Counted from the first letter of the stretch, positions 1 through 10,408 are shown. The stretch: DNA of 64,000 nt from Terriglobia bacterium (GCA_963695545.1 OY968796.1:1312001-1376000), one strand, 5' to 3'. The notes: a model not told the origin generated them from the sequence alone. Made by a program: numbers and translations.

Positions 1-870
1 ACCTTCATATAAAGAGGGCACCGGTGGCCCGATGGACACCAGGGCCCCGGTGGCAGCGTCGATCGTGTACACGGACACGTAGCCAGCAGCACCGCCATCG
101 CAGCCTGAATTCGCCACATAGGCGAATTTTCCGGCGGGGTCCACAGCGATTGACTGCGGATCAACAGCTTCTGGCATTGTGTTGAAGGTCAGTGAGTTCG
201 AGCTACCGCCGCCGGGTGCCGGATTGAGGACAGTGACTGCGGCTGTCCCGGCTGCGGCGATATCACTCGCCGAAATCTGAGCAGTGAGGGCTGTACCATC
301 AACAAATGTCGTCGGCCGGTCGGCACCGTTCCAGCGCACGACTGAATTCGTCTCAAAATTTAGGCCACCCACCTCCATCTGATTGTCTGCTGAATCAACG
401 AGCTGTTCTCCTGCGGGAGCGCAGCTCGGATAGAGAAGATTGACCGTGGGTATGGGGCTCGTGCTGGTGATGGAGAAGCTCATACCAACCGAGGTGCCGC
501 CGCCGGGCGAGGGGTTGGTCACTGTCACGGCCGGCGTGCCGACTGAGGCGACGCTGGCGGCAGGGATGGTCGCAGTCAACAGCGCGGAGTCGCCGAACGT
601 AGTGGCGATCGCCGATCCGCCGAAGTTGACTATCGAACCTGCTACGAAATCAGTCCCATTGATCGTAAGAGTGAACGCCCCTCCACCGACGACGGTGGTG
701 TTCGGCGAGATTGTGGTGATCGTTGGAGTCGGATTAAGGGCCTGAGGGGCGGGATTAGCGAACTGATTGTTCACTGACTGGGACGAGCCGCCCCCACATC
801 CTGCGAGGAACACGAGACTCGCAATTCCAGAGATCACAAGTCCTGTTTTTGCCAAAAATCCGCACATCAT
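1..870 (-). CDS. Lipoprotein with two IPT/TIG-like Ig domains followed by a lactonase-type beta-propeller (3' end outside window)
   Basis: Manual translation (not in ORF track because no stop in window): MMCGFLAKTGLVISGIASLVFLAGC (lipobox), NPTPTITTISP...FTLTINGTDF...VTVTNPSPGGG, VRWNG...VTVLNPAPGGG, then PQSIAVDPAGKFAYVAN...VSVYTIDAATGAL; frame open to position 1. Confidence 0.8.
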   Translation of the reverse strand, partial: MMCGFLAKTGLVISGIASLVFLAGCGGGSSQSVNNQFANPAPQALNPTPTITTISPNTTVVGGGAFTLTINGTDFVAGSIVNFGGSAIATTFGDSALLTATIPAASVASVGTPAVTVTNPSPGGGTSVGMSFSITSTSPIPTVNLLYPSCAPAGEQLVDSADNQMEVGGLNFETNSVVRWNGADRPTTFVDGTALTAQISASDIAAAGTAAVTVLNPAPGGGSSNSLTFNTMPEAVDPQSIAVDPAGKFAYVANSGCDGGAAGYVSVYTIDAATGALVSIGPPVPSLYEG

Positions 871-945
871 CACACCCCCGCGTTTCTGAGTGTCTATGCT
901 GATCATTACTCCGTAGCACTCTTTCATTCCTAACAACATGCCGGT

Positions 946-1071
946 TTATCCCGGCGCAACAATGTTGGGCAGTGGGGTAATGGTTCCATTGCTCCCGCAC
1001 CCCGAAAGCTGAAAAAGGCTCGCGATTGCCAAAATCAGCGTCCCAAACGTGGAACCCGTCCTGCGGCACAT
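946..1071 (-). CDS. 41-aa small lipoprotein (or truncated lipoprotein remnant)
   Basis: AGGAGG SD upstream of ATG; MCRRTGSTFGTLILAIASLFQLSGCGSNGTITPLPNIVAPG* with lipobox LSGC. Confidence 0.5.
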   Translation of the reverse strand: MCRRTGSTFGTLILAIASLFQLSGCGSNGTITPLPNIVAPG

Positions 1072-1181
1072 AAACCCTCCTATTTTCATTCCTTCATCGC
1101 GCGCGACGACCGCCCATCGGCAGTTGTAGACGGCAAGTCCCTTGCCAGCAATAACCTTTTAGGATATTTTCGGGGCAATAT

Positions 1182-2147
1182 ATGGAAGCGTCCTTTTCCT
1201 GGCGAAAGACTCGACCTAACGACCTCCCGGAATGCCTGAAGTTGCATCCCGCCAAGAACGGCGCCGAGATCGTCGGACACACCCGCGCTCTCAAGGCATG
1301 GCTGCAAATCCTGCAAATGGCCCACGCGACGAGGACCGCCGTTGCCGAAATGCACGCCAACGGCCGCACCGAGATCGTAGGCTTCGGGTTCGGGTCGTTT
1401 GTTAAAAAGAGCTTTGCCGAGGCAGAAATCCACAATCCACGCCCCGGTTTAAATGCCAGGATCGTCGAAAGCGTTGCAACCGGCAATTCCGTGATTGCAA
1501 CGCACACCGAGGTTCGCGATGCGAACACACGGGGCGACCTGCAGCACGCGGTGATGCAAAACAGTTGGAAGGCGTCTCTCATACCATCCCAGGTGGCTGA
1601 GGTGATTGCTCTCTTGGGCGCTGCCTTCGCGGATCTCGTCGCAGGCTACCGCTTTTCGAGGATCTTTATGGAGTTCGTGGATGAAATTGACGCATCACTG
1701 CGCGAGCGCGTCCTCGACGAATTTCGCGTGGTGGATCGATTCGAAGATTTTCGACGTCAAAACCCGAAGACCAAGTGGAACTCCGGGCGAATGCTCCTCG
1801 AAGTAACCCAGGAGAGTATTCACGCCTACCCTACCTCAATCGGGGCCATGCTCTTCATGCATCGCACTCCGCAATTTGGCTTCACGCAGGGAGAACAAGA
1901 ACTGCTGGAGCTGGCCTTGGAAGGTGCGGATGATACGGCGATGGCCAAGTCTCTATTTGTGGGCGTACCGGCGATCAAGCGCCGCTGGGCGACGATTTTT
2001 GAGCGCGTTGGCAGAATCCGGCCGGATCTTTGCCCTTTGGACGCAGAAGGCACAAGGGGAGTACAAAAACGCCAGCGTGTACTTACGTACGTCCGGAGCC
2101 ATCCCGAGGAGCTTCGGCCATTCGATGCTAAACAACTTAAAGTATAG
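1182..2147 (+). CDS. Putative transcriptional regulator with C-terminal LuxR-like HTH and uncharacterised N-terminal domain
   Basis: C-terminal FTQGEQELLELALEGADDTAMAKSLFVGVPAIKRRWATIFERV resembles a LuxR/GerE HTH; divergent from the lipoprotein genes. Confidence 0.65.
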   Translation: MEASFSWRKTRPNDLPECLKLHPAKNGAEIVGHTRALKAWLQILQMAHATRTAVAEMHANGRTEIVGFGFGSFVKKSFAEAEIHNPRPGLNARIVESVATGNSVIATHTEVRDANTRGDLQHAVMQNSWKASLIPSQVAEVIALLGAAFADLVAGYRFSRIFMEFVDEIDASLRERVLDEFRVVDRFEDFRRQNPKTKWNSGRMLLEVTQESIHAYPTSIGAMLFMHRTPQFGFTQGEQELLELALEGADDTAMAKSLFVGVPAIKRRWATIFERVGRIRPDLCPLDAEGTRGVQKRQRVLTYVRSHPEELRPFDAKQLKV

Positions 2148-2239
2148 AAATCGGGCAGCCTTGACGAGATATGTTCCAAACCGGGGAACCGGGGACAGAC
2201 CGGACGTTTTCTGATCTTGCACGCCGAGTCTCACAAGTG

Positions 2240-2316
2240 TGGTAGGCCCGTGGGGACTCGAACCCCAGACCTCTACCGTGTCAAGGTAGCGCTCTAACCA
2301 ACTGAGCTACGGGCCT
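2240..2316 (-). tRNA. tRNA-Val (GAC)
   Basis: Reverse complement AGGCCCGTAGCTCAGTTGGTTAGAGCGCTACCTTGACACGGTAGAGGTCTGGGGTTCGAGTCCCCACGGGCCTACCA: cloverleaf, GAC anticodon, TTCGA T-loop, encoded CCA. Confidence 0.97.
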
Positions 2317-2485
2317 AGCGTTGCAGAATAAATTCGTTCGTACGCTTCGATAGTATAGCAGCCCTGGGTCGGCGCACAATTTGGCGCGCAGCGTGTAGAA
2401 ACCTGAAGTCGTAATGGCCACGATGCTTGGCACCGCACTTCCGCGCGGATAATCATGGTTTACAGGGGAAACACCGAAACCTTCG

Positions 2486-4237
2486 CTAGCGAACGTAGGC
2501 TTTTATCGTGGCGCATTCGGTGCCCTGCGCCTCGCCGTGCGGACGAATTGTGAAATGGCCGACGGCGGCGGGAACGATCATTGTTTCGGCATAATGAAGT
2601 ATGAAGGGTTCGAACGCTGCGCCAGGGCTTTCAACGATCACTTCCTCGCCCTGCACCAGATTGAGGACGTTAACGCCGCCGGCTGTGTCGTGGGGCACTT
2701 TTTCGCGGAACCAGTGGCGACGGGTTTCGATGAATTCCAATTCATGCAAGCCGGTGCGTTCTTCGCGCCAGCCGGGGCCGCTGGCGAGAGGCTCGACGCG
2801 ATGAATCAGATTCTCGCGGACCCAGTCAGTTGTTCGGCTCCAATCGATGTTCGCGATTCCGTGATCCAGATGAATCGGCCGTGGCTTGCCATCGAGCCCC
2901 GGGCGGCCCCAGTCCCACAGCTTAAATGTGAAAATGTAGGGAGTGGCGCTGATCTCCAGCACCATGCTATTTCGACCGGAGCAGTGAATCGTTCCGGCGG
3001 GAATCAAGAAGTGATCGTGCTTCTTGGCGGGCCAACGGTTGACATATTTGTCCGCCGGGAAAGCAAAGTCGCCGGCTTGGGCGGAACGAAGATCGTGCAC
3101 CATTTCGTAGCGCGAGATCCCCTGTTTTAATCCAAGGAAGACCGCTCCGTCATCTGCAGCGTCAAGGAGGTAATAGCTTTCATCCTGGGTGTAGGAAATA
3201 CCGAAGTGTTCCCTAATGTATCGCGTCGTGGGATGCACCTGAAGGGAAAGATTTCCGCCACCCATGGTGTCAAGGAAATCGAAGCGTATGGGAAATTCGG
3301 CGCCGAAGCGAGCGTAGACGGAGTCGCCTAGAAGTTCGCGCGGATGCCGGAACACCAGATCGATCGCAGGAATCGCGACGCGGTGGGAACCGAAACCAAG
3401 CAGCAGACTATTTTCTTCCGGGACGCAATCGAAACACCAGGCGTAGTTGGGCACGTTGCGGGGCAAATCGCAAACCTCTTCCATCCAGTGGCCACCCCAA
3501 GGACCGGGGTCGAAATAGGGCACGACTCGAAAGGGGCGTCGGGCCGCGAGCGCGAGAGCCGAACGAAACGCCTCGCCGGAAATCATCCGGGGCGTTTGGC
3601 GTTCACTCGTGTCCAACAGGAAATCGAGCTTGTCGAGCAATCCTTTTTTCCAGCGATCCGCGACACGCCAATCGACGAAGAATCCTCTTTTGTATTTCGC
3701 GGCCGGGGATTCGGAGATGTTCGCGACGCCCCAATTCCCGATTTCGCCGCGACGCTGCCGAAGCTCGATCTCCCAGCGACCTAAGTCCGCATAAATCAGC
3801 AGATCGTGCTGTGGCGCGACGAATGCAGCTCCTGTGCCAAGAATAAGTACCGTGCCGGGCGCGTGTTCGATGGCGGTCCGGGCGCTCGAAAGTTTGGAGG
3901 CATCGAAGAAATCAGGAAGATTGAGAGAGGTCAAGCGCCCAAAGACGGGATCGTCGTGGTCTAGAAATGGCTGGGTCAAGCGCTCGATTTCAGAAGATGC
4001 CTTGAGTGAGTTTTCAGCGCGAATAATAATCGCCGGACGGAGAGCCGCCTTGAGCGCGCACTCGATGTCCTCTAGAAAAACTCCTGGATAACACTCGACG
4101 CAAACCACGCGACGCGACGCGCCAATGACCGCTTGCAAACGCGCGGCGATCTCGGTCCATCCGGCCGCGCATTCCCGTTCATCCGCCGATGCCTGCACGA
4201 ACGGACGCTTATCGTAATTTGACCGGCGCGACGTCAA
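2486..4237 (-). CDS. Class I mannose-6-phosphate isomerase-like cupin protein with N-terminal extension (~583 aa)
   Basis: PWGG, FPIRFDFLDT, LSLQVHP, QDESYY, IPAGTIH PMI motifs; TTG start at 4237 overlaps the ROK gene stop (TTGA). Confidence 0.85.
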   Translation of the reverse strand: MTSRRSNYDKRPFVQASADERECAAGWTEIAARLQAVIGASRRVVCVECYPGVFLEDIECALKAALRPAIIIRAENSLKASSEIERLTQPFLDHDDPVFGRLTSLNLPDFFDASKLSSARTAIEHAPGTVLILGTGAAFVAPQHDLLIYADLGRWEIELRQRRGEIGNWGVANISESPAAKYKRGFFVDWRVADRWKKGLLDKLDFLLDTSERQTPRMISGEAFRSALALAARRPFRVVPYFDPGPWGGHWMEEVCDLPRNVPNYAWCFDCVPEENSLLLGFGSHRVAIPAIDLVFRHPRELLGDSVYARFGAEFPIRFDFLDTMGGGNLSLQVHPTTRYIREHFGISYTQDESYYLLDAADDGAVFLGLKQGISRYEMVHDLRSAQAGDFAFPADKYVNRWPAKKHDHFLIPAGTIHCSGRNSMVLEISATPYIFTFKLWDWGRPGLDGKPRPIHLDHGIANIDWSRTTDWVRENLIHRVEPLASGPGWREERTGLHELEFIETRRHWFREKVPHDTAGGVNVLNLVQGEEVIVESPGAAFEPFILHYAETMIVPAAVGHFTIRPHGEAQGTECATIKAYVR

Positions 4238-5187
4238 CGCGGTTCCGACAGCAGAGGTATCGCTCCGAGAAGTCCCGCGCTTGTTCCGAGCTTCGCCGGC
4301 CGGACCTCCACTTTGCCCCAAGGCGTCCATGCGTGGCGCGAGACGTGCTGCTGCACGAAGGGCACGACAATCTCGGCGCTATTCATGACCCCGCCGCCGA
4401 TGATCAGTATTTCGGGGTCGAACGAATGAATCAAGCCGACGGCGTCAGCCGCCCAAACCTGAAGACACCGTGTTTGCACTTCCTGGGCAACGCGGTCGCC
4501 CGCGGCTGCTGCGCTGAAAAGCACTTCGAAATCCATATGTCCGTTCTTGGAGAGCGCACTCTGATTGAATCCGGGCCATTCTCTAATAATTTCAGGGAGC
4601 GACCAGCCGGCCGCTTCGGCTTCAGCGCAACCGAGATTTCCGCAGGTGCAGGGCCGGCCCTGAATCTGCACGGGAATGTGTCCGCCCAAACAGCCGGCCT
4701 GCGAATGCTTGCCGCGCAGCAAGCGTCCAGAGATCATGGCGGCGCCGCCAATGCCGGTTCCTAACGTCATTGTTACGATGTCGGAGAATCCTTGGGCAGC
4801 GCCAGCATACCACTCGCCAAGCAGCGCCATTCGAGCGTCGTTCTCGATGCGAAGCGGCAAACCGAAAGCTTGATCGCTCCAGGCTAAAATGTCGATCGAG
4901 GGCGCGTCGTCGTACTTCAGATTCGTCGAAAGCAACCGGCCGGACCTGAAGTCCACCAAACCGCAAAACCCGAAAGCGAGTCCAACGCAATCGCGCGTGG
5001 AAATCCCCGTAGTCCGCAGCAGAGTTTTCAACGTGCTCTCCAGGCGGGGAAGAAGTATGCGGAGGCCCTGTTCTGGGTCAGCGTGCAGAGTTTCTTGTGC
5101 GATGATCGTCTTGTCTTCCACGATCGCGCAGTTCGCGTGCGTTCCTCCCAGATCGATTGCCAGCGCCCTTTTTTCGGAGAAGATCAT
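4234..5187 (-). CDS. ROK-family sugar kinase
   Basis: IDLGGT, ENDA, TLGTGIGG, CxCGNxGCxE motifs; ATG at 5187 overlaps upstream stop (ATGA); no HTH. Confidence 0.9.
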   Translation of the reverse strand: MIFSEKRALAIDLGGTHANCAIVEDKTIIAQETLHADPEQGLRILLPRLESTLKTLLRTTGISTRDCVGLAFGFCGLVDFRSGRLLSTNLKYDDAPSIDILAWSDQAFGLPLRIENDARMALLGEWYAGAAQGFSDIVTMTLGTGIGGAAMISGRLLRGKHSQAGCLGGHIPVQIQGRPCTCGNLGCAEAEAAGWSLPEIIREWPGFNQSALSKNGHMDFEVLFSAAAAGDRVAQEVQTRCLQVWAADAVGLIHSFDPEILIIGGGVMNSAEIVVPFVQQHVSRHAWTPWGKVEVRPAKLGTSAGLLGAIPLLSEPR

Positions 5188-6947
5188 GGCCGGGCCGACT
5201 TTCGAGCCGAACCGCTTCTCCGGCCACAATCGAGGCCGATACACTTTGCGGCATGCGGCAGCGCTTCCGAGGTCACAGGAGCCTCGGTCGAATTCACGTC
5301 CTGCCCGGTGTGACTGCGCCAGCCGCCGAGACTGCGGTCCGCCAGCCCCGGCACGTTGAAGAGCGCAGAATTGTTCGGGGCGTACCAATCGTTGTGGTTG
5401 GAGAGCAGCGTAGTTGTGAACGGGCTAATCGTACTCAAGGAGGTCCCAATCAGACTCGAGCCGGAGGCAGTGTCAGGTCCCGCGGCAATATTGACGCCAT
5501 CGAGCACCCAGTTTTGGGTCACAAGATGGTACTCAAGGCCCGGCGTCTGCCAGTTGGAAGTTTCGCGGGCGGTCGGGCTGCCACCGACGAAGAGCGCGTC
5601 GCCGCCGTTGTCAAAGACGGTGCTTTGACGAACCGTGATGCCGGTGGAATTGGCGGCTTGCAACCCGTGGCCCATATTCTTGTAGAAGACGCTCCGATAA
5701 ACAAACGCGGGGCCCTGGGTGGCCTCGAAAAATAGTCCATTCGTCGCGTTTTCGTTGAATGAGTCGCCGGTCATGCAGAGCTTTGCATTGTCGGTGTCAA
5801 ACCAAAGACCACCGGCAAGGTTGTGGCCGAAAGAAGAGTTGTCCACTTCCATCAAATGCGCCTTGACGACTTTCATCCCGTCGGCATCCCAGCCTTCGAG
5901 GCCGCCCTGAGCGCCTCTCCAGTTGTTGTAGGTCACAGCGTTGCCGGTGAAAAGTAAATTCAGCGGGCGATAAATCTCTACGCCGTTTTCACCGTTCCAA
6001 CTGAACGTAGAGTTCCGAACTGTGGCGTTGAAATTCGCGGAGAGATCAAGTCCCTGCCAGTTGTTAAAACGAGCCGTCACAGCATCCAGCAGGATGTTGG
6101 CGCCCCGACTGTTCGCGTCGTCGCCGGAAATGTGGATCGCGGCGAAGCCGGAAATGTTGGCGCCGTTGTTGTCATGCTGAAAAACCAGACCCTTTAACTC
6201 CAGGTTTTGCGCGCCAGCCGGAGAGGTCGTAAACAGGTTGCTGCGCACTGCGATTTCCACGTCGGCAGCGGACATGTCGGTGCCGGGAGGCGGGAAGACC
6301 GAAATCACGCGAGATTTCCCGGTGAGTGTTGGGCAAAGGTCTCCGGGATTTGGATCGCTCTGCGCGTCAACAACAAAGAAAGTTCCAGCCTGTGTCAGCG
6401 GGCCTTGCAGAACCTGCACGAGTTGGATGCCATTTATGAACACCATCTCGCGGCGCAGCCCCAGACATTTCAGCGCAGGCCCGCCCGCGGGCGTAAACGG
6501 CTGCGCCGCGTATCCCCAGGAGTATGGCCACGGCAGGGAATATGTGCGGTCGCCGTTGGGCACCCAGCCCGACCACTGATCCGCGCCATCGACGATCGCG
6601 GTTCCGGTTTGGGCGGCTTCAATCACAATCGTGCTCGAGCTGCCCTCCCCAAATTGGCTGGGCAAGGAAAGCGCCTCGCGATATGTGCCCGGGTTCACAA
6701 TAATCTCGACGACGTCGTGGCCGATAGCTTGGCTAAGTGCTTGCGTGATGGTCATGCACGGACGCGCGCGATCGCCACAACGGATCGAATCCGAGCCATT
6801 GGCTCGATCCGCGTAAATTGCCGTCGCCCCGGCATGGTTGATCCTGGCTCCCGTTGAAGGGGTGGCGCACTGCTGTCCGAAAATCCCACCTTGCATTAGA
6901 ACACCGCCCACCAGGACACGAACTGCAACCCAGATACATCGTCGCAT
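5184..6947 (-). CDS. Secreted right-handed parallel beta-helix protein (pectin-lyase-like fold; possible polysaccharide lyase/hydrolase)
   Basis: Signal peptide; IYADRANGSD...PCMTITQAL...PGTYRE N-terminal motif; repeated N-x-x-x-G-[ILV] beta-helix rungs (NNWQG, NGENG, NLAGGLWFD, NATNGLFFE). Confidence 0.8.
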   Translation of the reverse strand: MRRCIWVAVRVLVGGVLMQGGIFGQQCATPSTGARINHAGATAIYADRANGSDSIRCGDRARPCMTITQALSQAIGHDVVEIIVNPGTYREALSLPSQFGEGSSSTIVIEAAQTGTAIVDGADQWSGWVPNGDRTYSLPWPYSWGYAAQPFTPAGGPALKCLGLRREMVFINGIQLVQVLQGPLTQAGTFFVVDAQSDPNPGDLCPTLTGKSRVISVFPPPGTDMSAADVEIAVRSNLFTTSPAGAQNLELKGLVFQHDNNGANISGFAAIHISGDDANSRGANILLDAVTARFNNWQGLDLSANFNATVRNSTFSWNGENGVEIYRPLNLLFTGNAVTYNNWRGAQGGLEGWDADGMKVVKAHLMEVDNSSFGHNLAGGLWFDTDNAKLCMTGDSFNENATNGLFFEATQGPAFVYRSVFYKNMGHGLQAANSTGITVRQSTVFDNGGDALFVGGSPTARETSNWQTPGLEYHLVTQNWVLDGVNIAAGPDTASGSSLIGTSLSTISPFTTTLLSNHNDWYAPNNSALFNVPGLADRSLGGWRSHTGQDVNSTEAPVTSEALPHAAKCIGLDCGRRSGSARKSARP

Positions 6948-7089
6948 GCCAGCTCTTTCCTCGTTTCGCTGCTCGATCGACTTGAGAGCGCCGGAGTCCG
7001 GCGATCGCCATTCGGGGGGCAGATCGCCGGCTCCGGCCCGGGCGCGCTCTGTCGCGCCGCGTCCGGATGGCTCCGTTCGGCCGTCGGAC

Positions 7090-10000
7090 TCAAAAACTCA
7101 GGACCAGTCCGAACTGGACTTGCCGAGCGGGATTGTTGTTGGGGTTGGAATAAGCCAAGGCCGTGATGGTACCCGTGGCTGCCGAGCCAAACGTGGCGTT
7201 GGGCTGCGCAAAATTCGGGTGGTTGAAAATATTGAAGAAATCCGCGCGAAACTGCAAATGCGTGCGGTCGCCGGAACCGATTGGAATGTGAAATTGTTTG
7301 GCCACCGAGAAATCCAAATCCCAAAATCCCGGTCCCCGGACCATATCTTTGCTCGAATCACCAAACACGGGCGTGGTCGTCGACGACGGCGTATACGGAT
7401 TCGAAAATGCGCCCACATTGAACCATTCGGCGATCGTCGGATTCGCCAGGGTTGGATTGCCGGAGACGTTCGCAAACTCACTGCCAGTGAGCGCCGGATT
7501 CACAGCGGTGCCGCCTGCGAGAACCGTGAATGGAAATCCGGTATTGGCCGAAAACGCTTCGGACATCGTCCACCCGCCCAAGAACCCGTCAGCGACGCCA
7601 CCCTGAGTCATGTGAGCGCGGCCCACGCCAAAGGGAAGATCGTAAACGCCCGAGATGACCACGCGATGCGTCTGATCGAACTGCGAAGGCGAGTAGGTTG
7701 CTCTCGGGGTATCCGCATCTTGGTATTCGCACCCGCTTGTCGTGGTCAGATCCAATGAGCAATTGTCCATCGACTTCGAGTAGGTGTAGTTCGCGAGCAC
7801 GGTAAGACCTGAGGAGAATCGGCGCGTCAGAGACAACTGAAGCGCGTTGTAGTTTGAAAACGCGTCGTTGAAGTACGTGGTGATCGTCTGGTATTGCGGA
7901 AACGGACGGAACGATTGTAGTGCGCCGGGAGCGAAATCGGCCTCCGGTACCTGGTTGGAATCTCGCGGATCCAATAGATGGGTCCCCTTGCTTCCGACGT
8001 ACGCGACTTCTGCTACCCACGCCGTGCCGAACTGTTTCTGGATTCCGAGCTGCCATTCCTGCATGTACGGTTGGTGCGCGGTCGGCGGAAAGTAGCTGAT
8101 GGATTGTCCGTTCGAGATCGCCGGGGTGCGATTCGCCGCGGTTGGAGTGGTGTATGCCGGCGCTCCCGTATCAAGCTCCATGAATGGCATTGGGTTCGAT
8201 GGATTCGCCACGACCTGCGAGTACGAGATTGCGTATCCGGGAGGCGTGGAACTGAAATTCTGCTGCGCGCTGATCGGCACGTAGTAGATGCCATAGGCCG
8301 CCCGCGCGACCCAGGACGGTTTCGGGTTCCACGCGATGCCGATGCGCGGCGCGAAAAGTCCGAAATGATTGTTCTGAAGGAGATTGTCGCTCGGCGTGGC
8401 ATACAGGATCGCGCCGGGAGTGTTGGTCACAGGATTGGCGAGCGTCGGATCAAAGTTGGAAAGGCGGTTGAATGGTTCGCTGAAGCCACCTTCACCTTGA
8501 TAACGCAGACCGACGTTCACAGTAACGGTACGCGAGATGTGATAGTCATCTTGGCCGAAAAACGCGAACGCGGTGCGACGCGCGCCGATCGTGTTTGGCT
8601 GCGCGCTAAGAGAGTAGGCGGATGGCAACCCCAACTCGAAGTCGGCAAGTCCAAGGCCGGTGAAGTCGCCGTTGAAGGTAAACGTGCCGGAGCTCAACGA
8701 CGCCAGCACGTCATAATCGTACTTGTCCAATTCTCCCCCGAATTTCAGTGTGTGTTTTCCGCGCACCCACGTGACCGAATCTCCGGCCGTATAGACGTTT
8801 TGAGCTCCCCCGGAATGTTGGCCCGGACCGATCGAGGTTGGAACTGCCCCGGTAATGCTGAACAGCGGAAAGAAATTCTCCGGAACTCCTGTGAGCCCCA
8901 ACGTCGACGGGAAGTTCATATTCTCATTGGGAGTGAGCTGATAGAAATATTGGCGCGTGAAATTAAAGCGAGCCTCATTGATTGTCGTTGGGTTGAGCGT
9001 CCAATGGTCGGTGAGAGTCCATTGCTGACTGTGAGACGTCTGGATACCGCAGCGCTCCGTGCCGTTGTAGCAGGCAGGCGGCGGGATCGCACCGGTGTGG
9101 TCGTTCGTAAGCAGGTAGACGTGGCCGGCGCCGGTAAGCACGTTGTTGGTCGTGAAGTGATAATCCACGCGGCCGTCATAGATTGGAGTTTTGAGATCCT
9201 GGCGGCCATTGTTGATGTAATTGTTCGTGTTACCCGTCCCGGGCAACGGCAACGGCCAGTAAGTGAGGACGGCTGCGGCTACCTTGTCGATCGTGGGTAT
9301 CGTGTCGTTTGCGTACGGCAAGCCGGTCGATGGATTCTTGATCGTCGCAACACCCGTAAAATTTCCGTCTCGCTCGGCCATTGTTGGCACCGTGTCGATC
9401 GACGTGGTGGTGGAAGGGTTTATCGTGTCTTGAAAACTGAAGAAGAAGAAAAGCTTGTTCTTCAGGATCGGTCCGCCGATCGTGCCTCCCGGTTGGTTGT
9501 AAAGCAGCGGCGTCCGGCTCTTGGAAAAGAAATTTCGAGCGTTCAGCACGGTGTTTTGAAAATATTCAAAGAGCGAACCGTGGAAGTCGTTCCCACCGCC
9601 CTTCGTAATAATATTCAAGACCGAGGTTCCGGTTCCGTATTCCGCGTCGAAGTTGTCTTCGAGCACATTGAATTCGCTGACAGCGCTTAAGGCCGGAACT
9701 AATGTCACGAAATTGTCGCTGTCCGGGAGGACGCCCGAGCCCCCATTGACGCTCGCAACCATGCCGAAGGATCGACTGCCGTTGACGCTGCGGCGGCCCG
9801 GGTCAACGCCTTGCACGTTGCTCTGCGCCGTTGACGTTCCCGGTGCCAGGAGCGCAAAGTAAGAGGGATCGCGGCCGACCGTGGGCAGCGCTCCAATCAT
9901 CTCGGTGTTGAAATTCGTTCCTCTTTGTGAATCCTCTGTGTTCAGCAGCGGCGCGTTGGCCGTAACCGTCACAGTCTGCGTCGAGGCTCCGATCTTCAAT

Positions 10001-10344
10001 TGGCCGTCGACGCGCGCGGTCTGGTCTAGCTGAATATCTATGCCCTGCCGCAAGAGCGTCTCAAATCCCGACGCTTGAAACTGGACGGAATACGGGCCTG
10101 GGTCGAGATAGGGCGCGTCGAAATCGCCGTCCCGATTGGATTTCACATCGACGCTCGCGCCGGTCTTGGTGTTTGTAATCGTCACGGTCGCGTTGGGCAC
10201 GGTGGCTCCCGCCGGATCCGTCACAGTGCCGACGATCTCCGCCGTGCTTCGATTCTGCGCTCTGGCAATGCCCAACGGCATAATCAGGCCAACCAAGAAC
10301 AGGCCTCCGATCCATGTGGACCAGTGCTTCGCTGTCGCTTTCAT
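7090..10344 (-). CDS. TonB-dependent receptor (Oar-like, N-terminal carboxypeptidase regulatory-like domain)
   Basis: AAGGAGG SD before MKATAKH; IVGTVTDPAGA..., KGGGNDFHGSLFEY, PRIGIAW, QFRADFFNIFNHPNF, C-terminal RQVQFGLVLSF. Confidence 0.92.
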   Translation of the reverse strand: MKATAKHWSTWIGGLFLVGLIMPLGIARAQNRSTAEIVGTVTDPAGATVPNATVTITNTKTGASVDVKSNRDGDFDAPYLDPGPYSVQFQASGFETLLRQGIDIQLDQTARVDGQLKIGASTQTVTVTANAPLLNTEDSQRGTNFNTEMIGALPTVGRDPSYFALLAPGTSTAQSNVQGVDPGRRSVNGSRSFGMVASVNGGSGVLPDSDNFVTLVPALSAVSEFNVLEDNFDAEYGTGTSVLNIITKGGGNDFHGSLFEYFQNTVLNARNFFSKSRTPLLYNQPGGTIGGPILKNKLFFFFSFQDTINPSTTTSIDTVPTMAERDGNFTGVATIKNPSTGLPYANDTIPTIDKVAAAVLTYWPLPLPGTGNTNNYINNGRQDLKTPIYDGRVDYHFTTNNVLTGAGHVYLLTNDHTGAIPPPACYNGTERCGIQTSHSQQWTLTDHWTLNPTTINEARFNFTRQYFYQLTPNENMNFPSTLGLTGVPENFFPLFSITGAVPTSIGPGQHSGGAQNVYTAGDSVTWVRGKHTLKFGGELDKYDYDVLASLSSGTFTFNGDFTGLGLADFELGLPSAYSLSAQPNTIGARRTAFAFFGQDDYHISRTVTVNVGLRYQGEGGFSEPFNRLSNFDPTLANPVTNTPGAILYATPSDNLLQNNHFGLFAPRIGIAWNPKPSWVARAAYGIYYVPISAQQNFSSTPPGYAISYSQVVANPSNPMPFMELDTGAPAYTTPTAANRTPAISNGQSISYFPPTAHQPYMQEWQLGIQKQFGTAWVAEVAYVGSKGTHLLDPRDSNQVPEADFAPGALQSFRPFPQYQTITTYFNDAFSNYNALQLSLTRRFSSGLTVLANYTYSKSMDNCSLDLTTTSGCEYQDADTPRATYSPSQFDQTHRVVISGVYDLPFGVGRAHMTQGGVADGFLGGWTMSEAFSANTGFPFTVLAGGTAVNPALTGSEFANVSGNPTLANPTIAEWFNVGAFSNPYTPSSTTTPVFGDSSKDMVRGPGFWDLDFSVAKQFHIPIGSGDRTHLQFRADFFNIFNHPNFAQPNATFGSAATGTITALAYSNPNNNPARQVQFGLVLSF

Positions 10345-10408
10345 TTGTTGCCTCCTTATGGAGTTCTTCGAATTTCCGCCGACACACCCCGGGTGTGCCG
10401 ACTTCGGG

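Noticed and set aside
1..2316. Genomic island integrated at the tRNA-Val 3' end
   Set aside because: Plausible position, but no integrase or duplicated tRNA 3' end is visible within the window; cannot be supported.
6991..7036. GC-rich hairpin after the first TonB receptor
   Set aside because: No U-tract and no second copy noticed; probably an ordinary intra-operon stabilising stem-loop rather than a REP or terminator.
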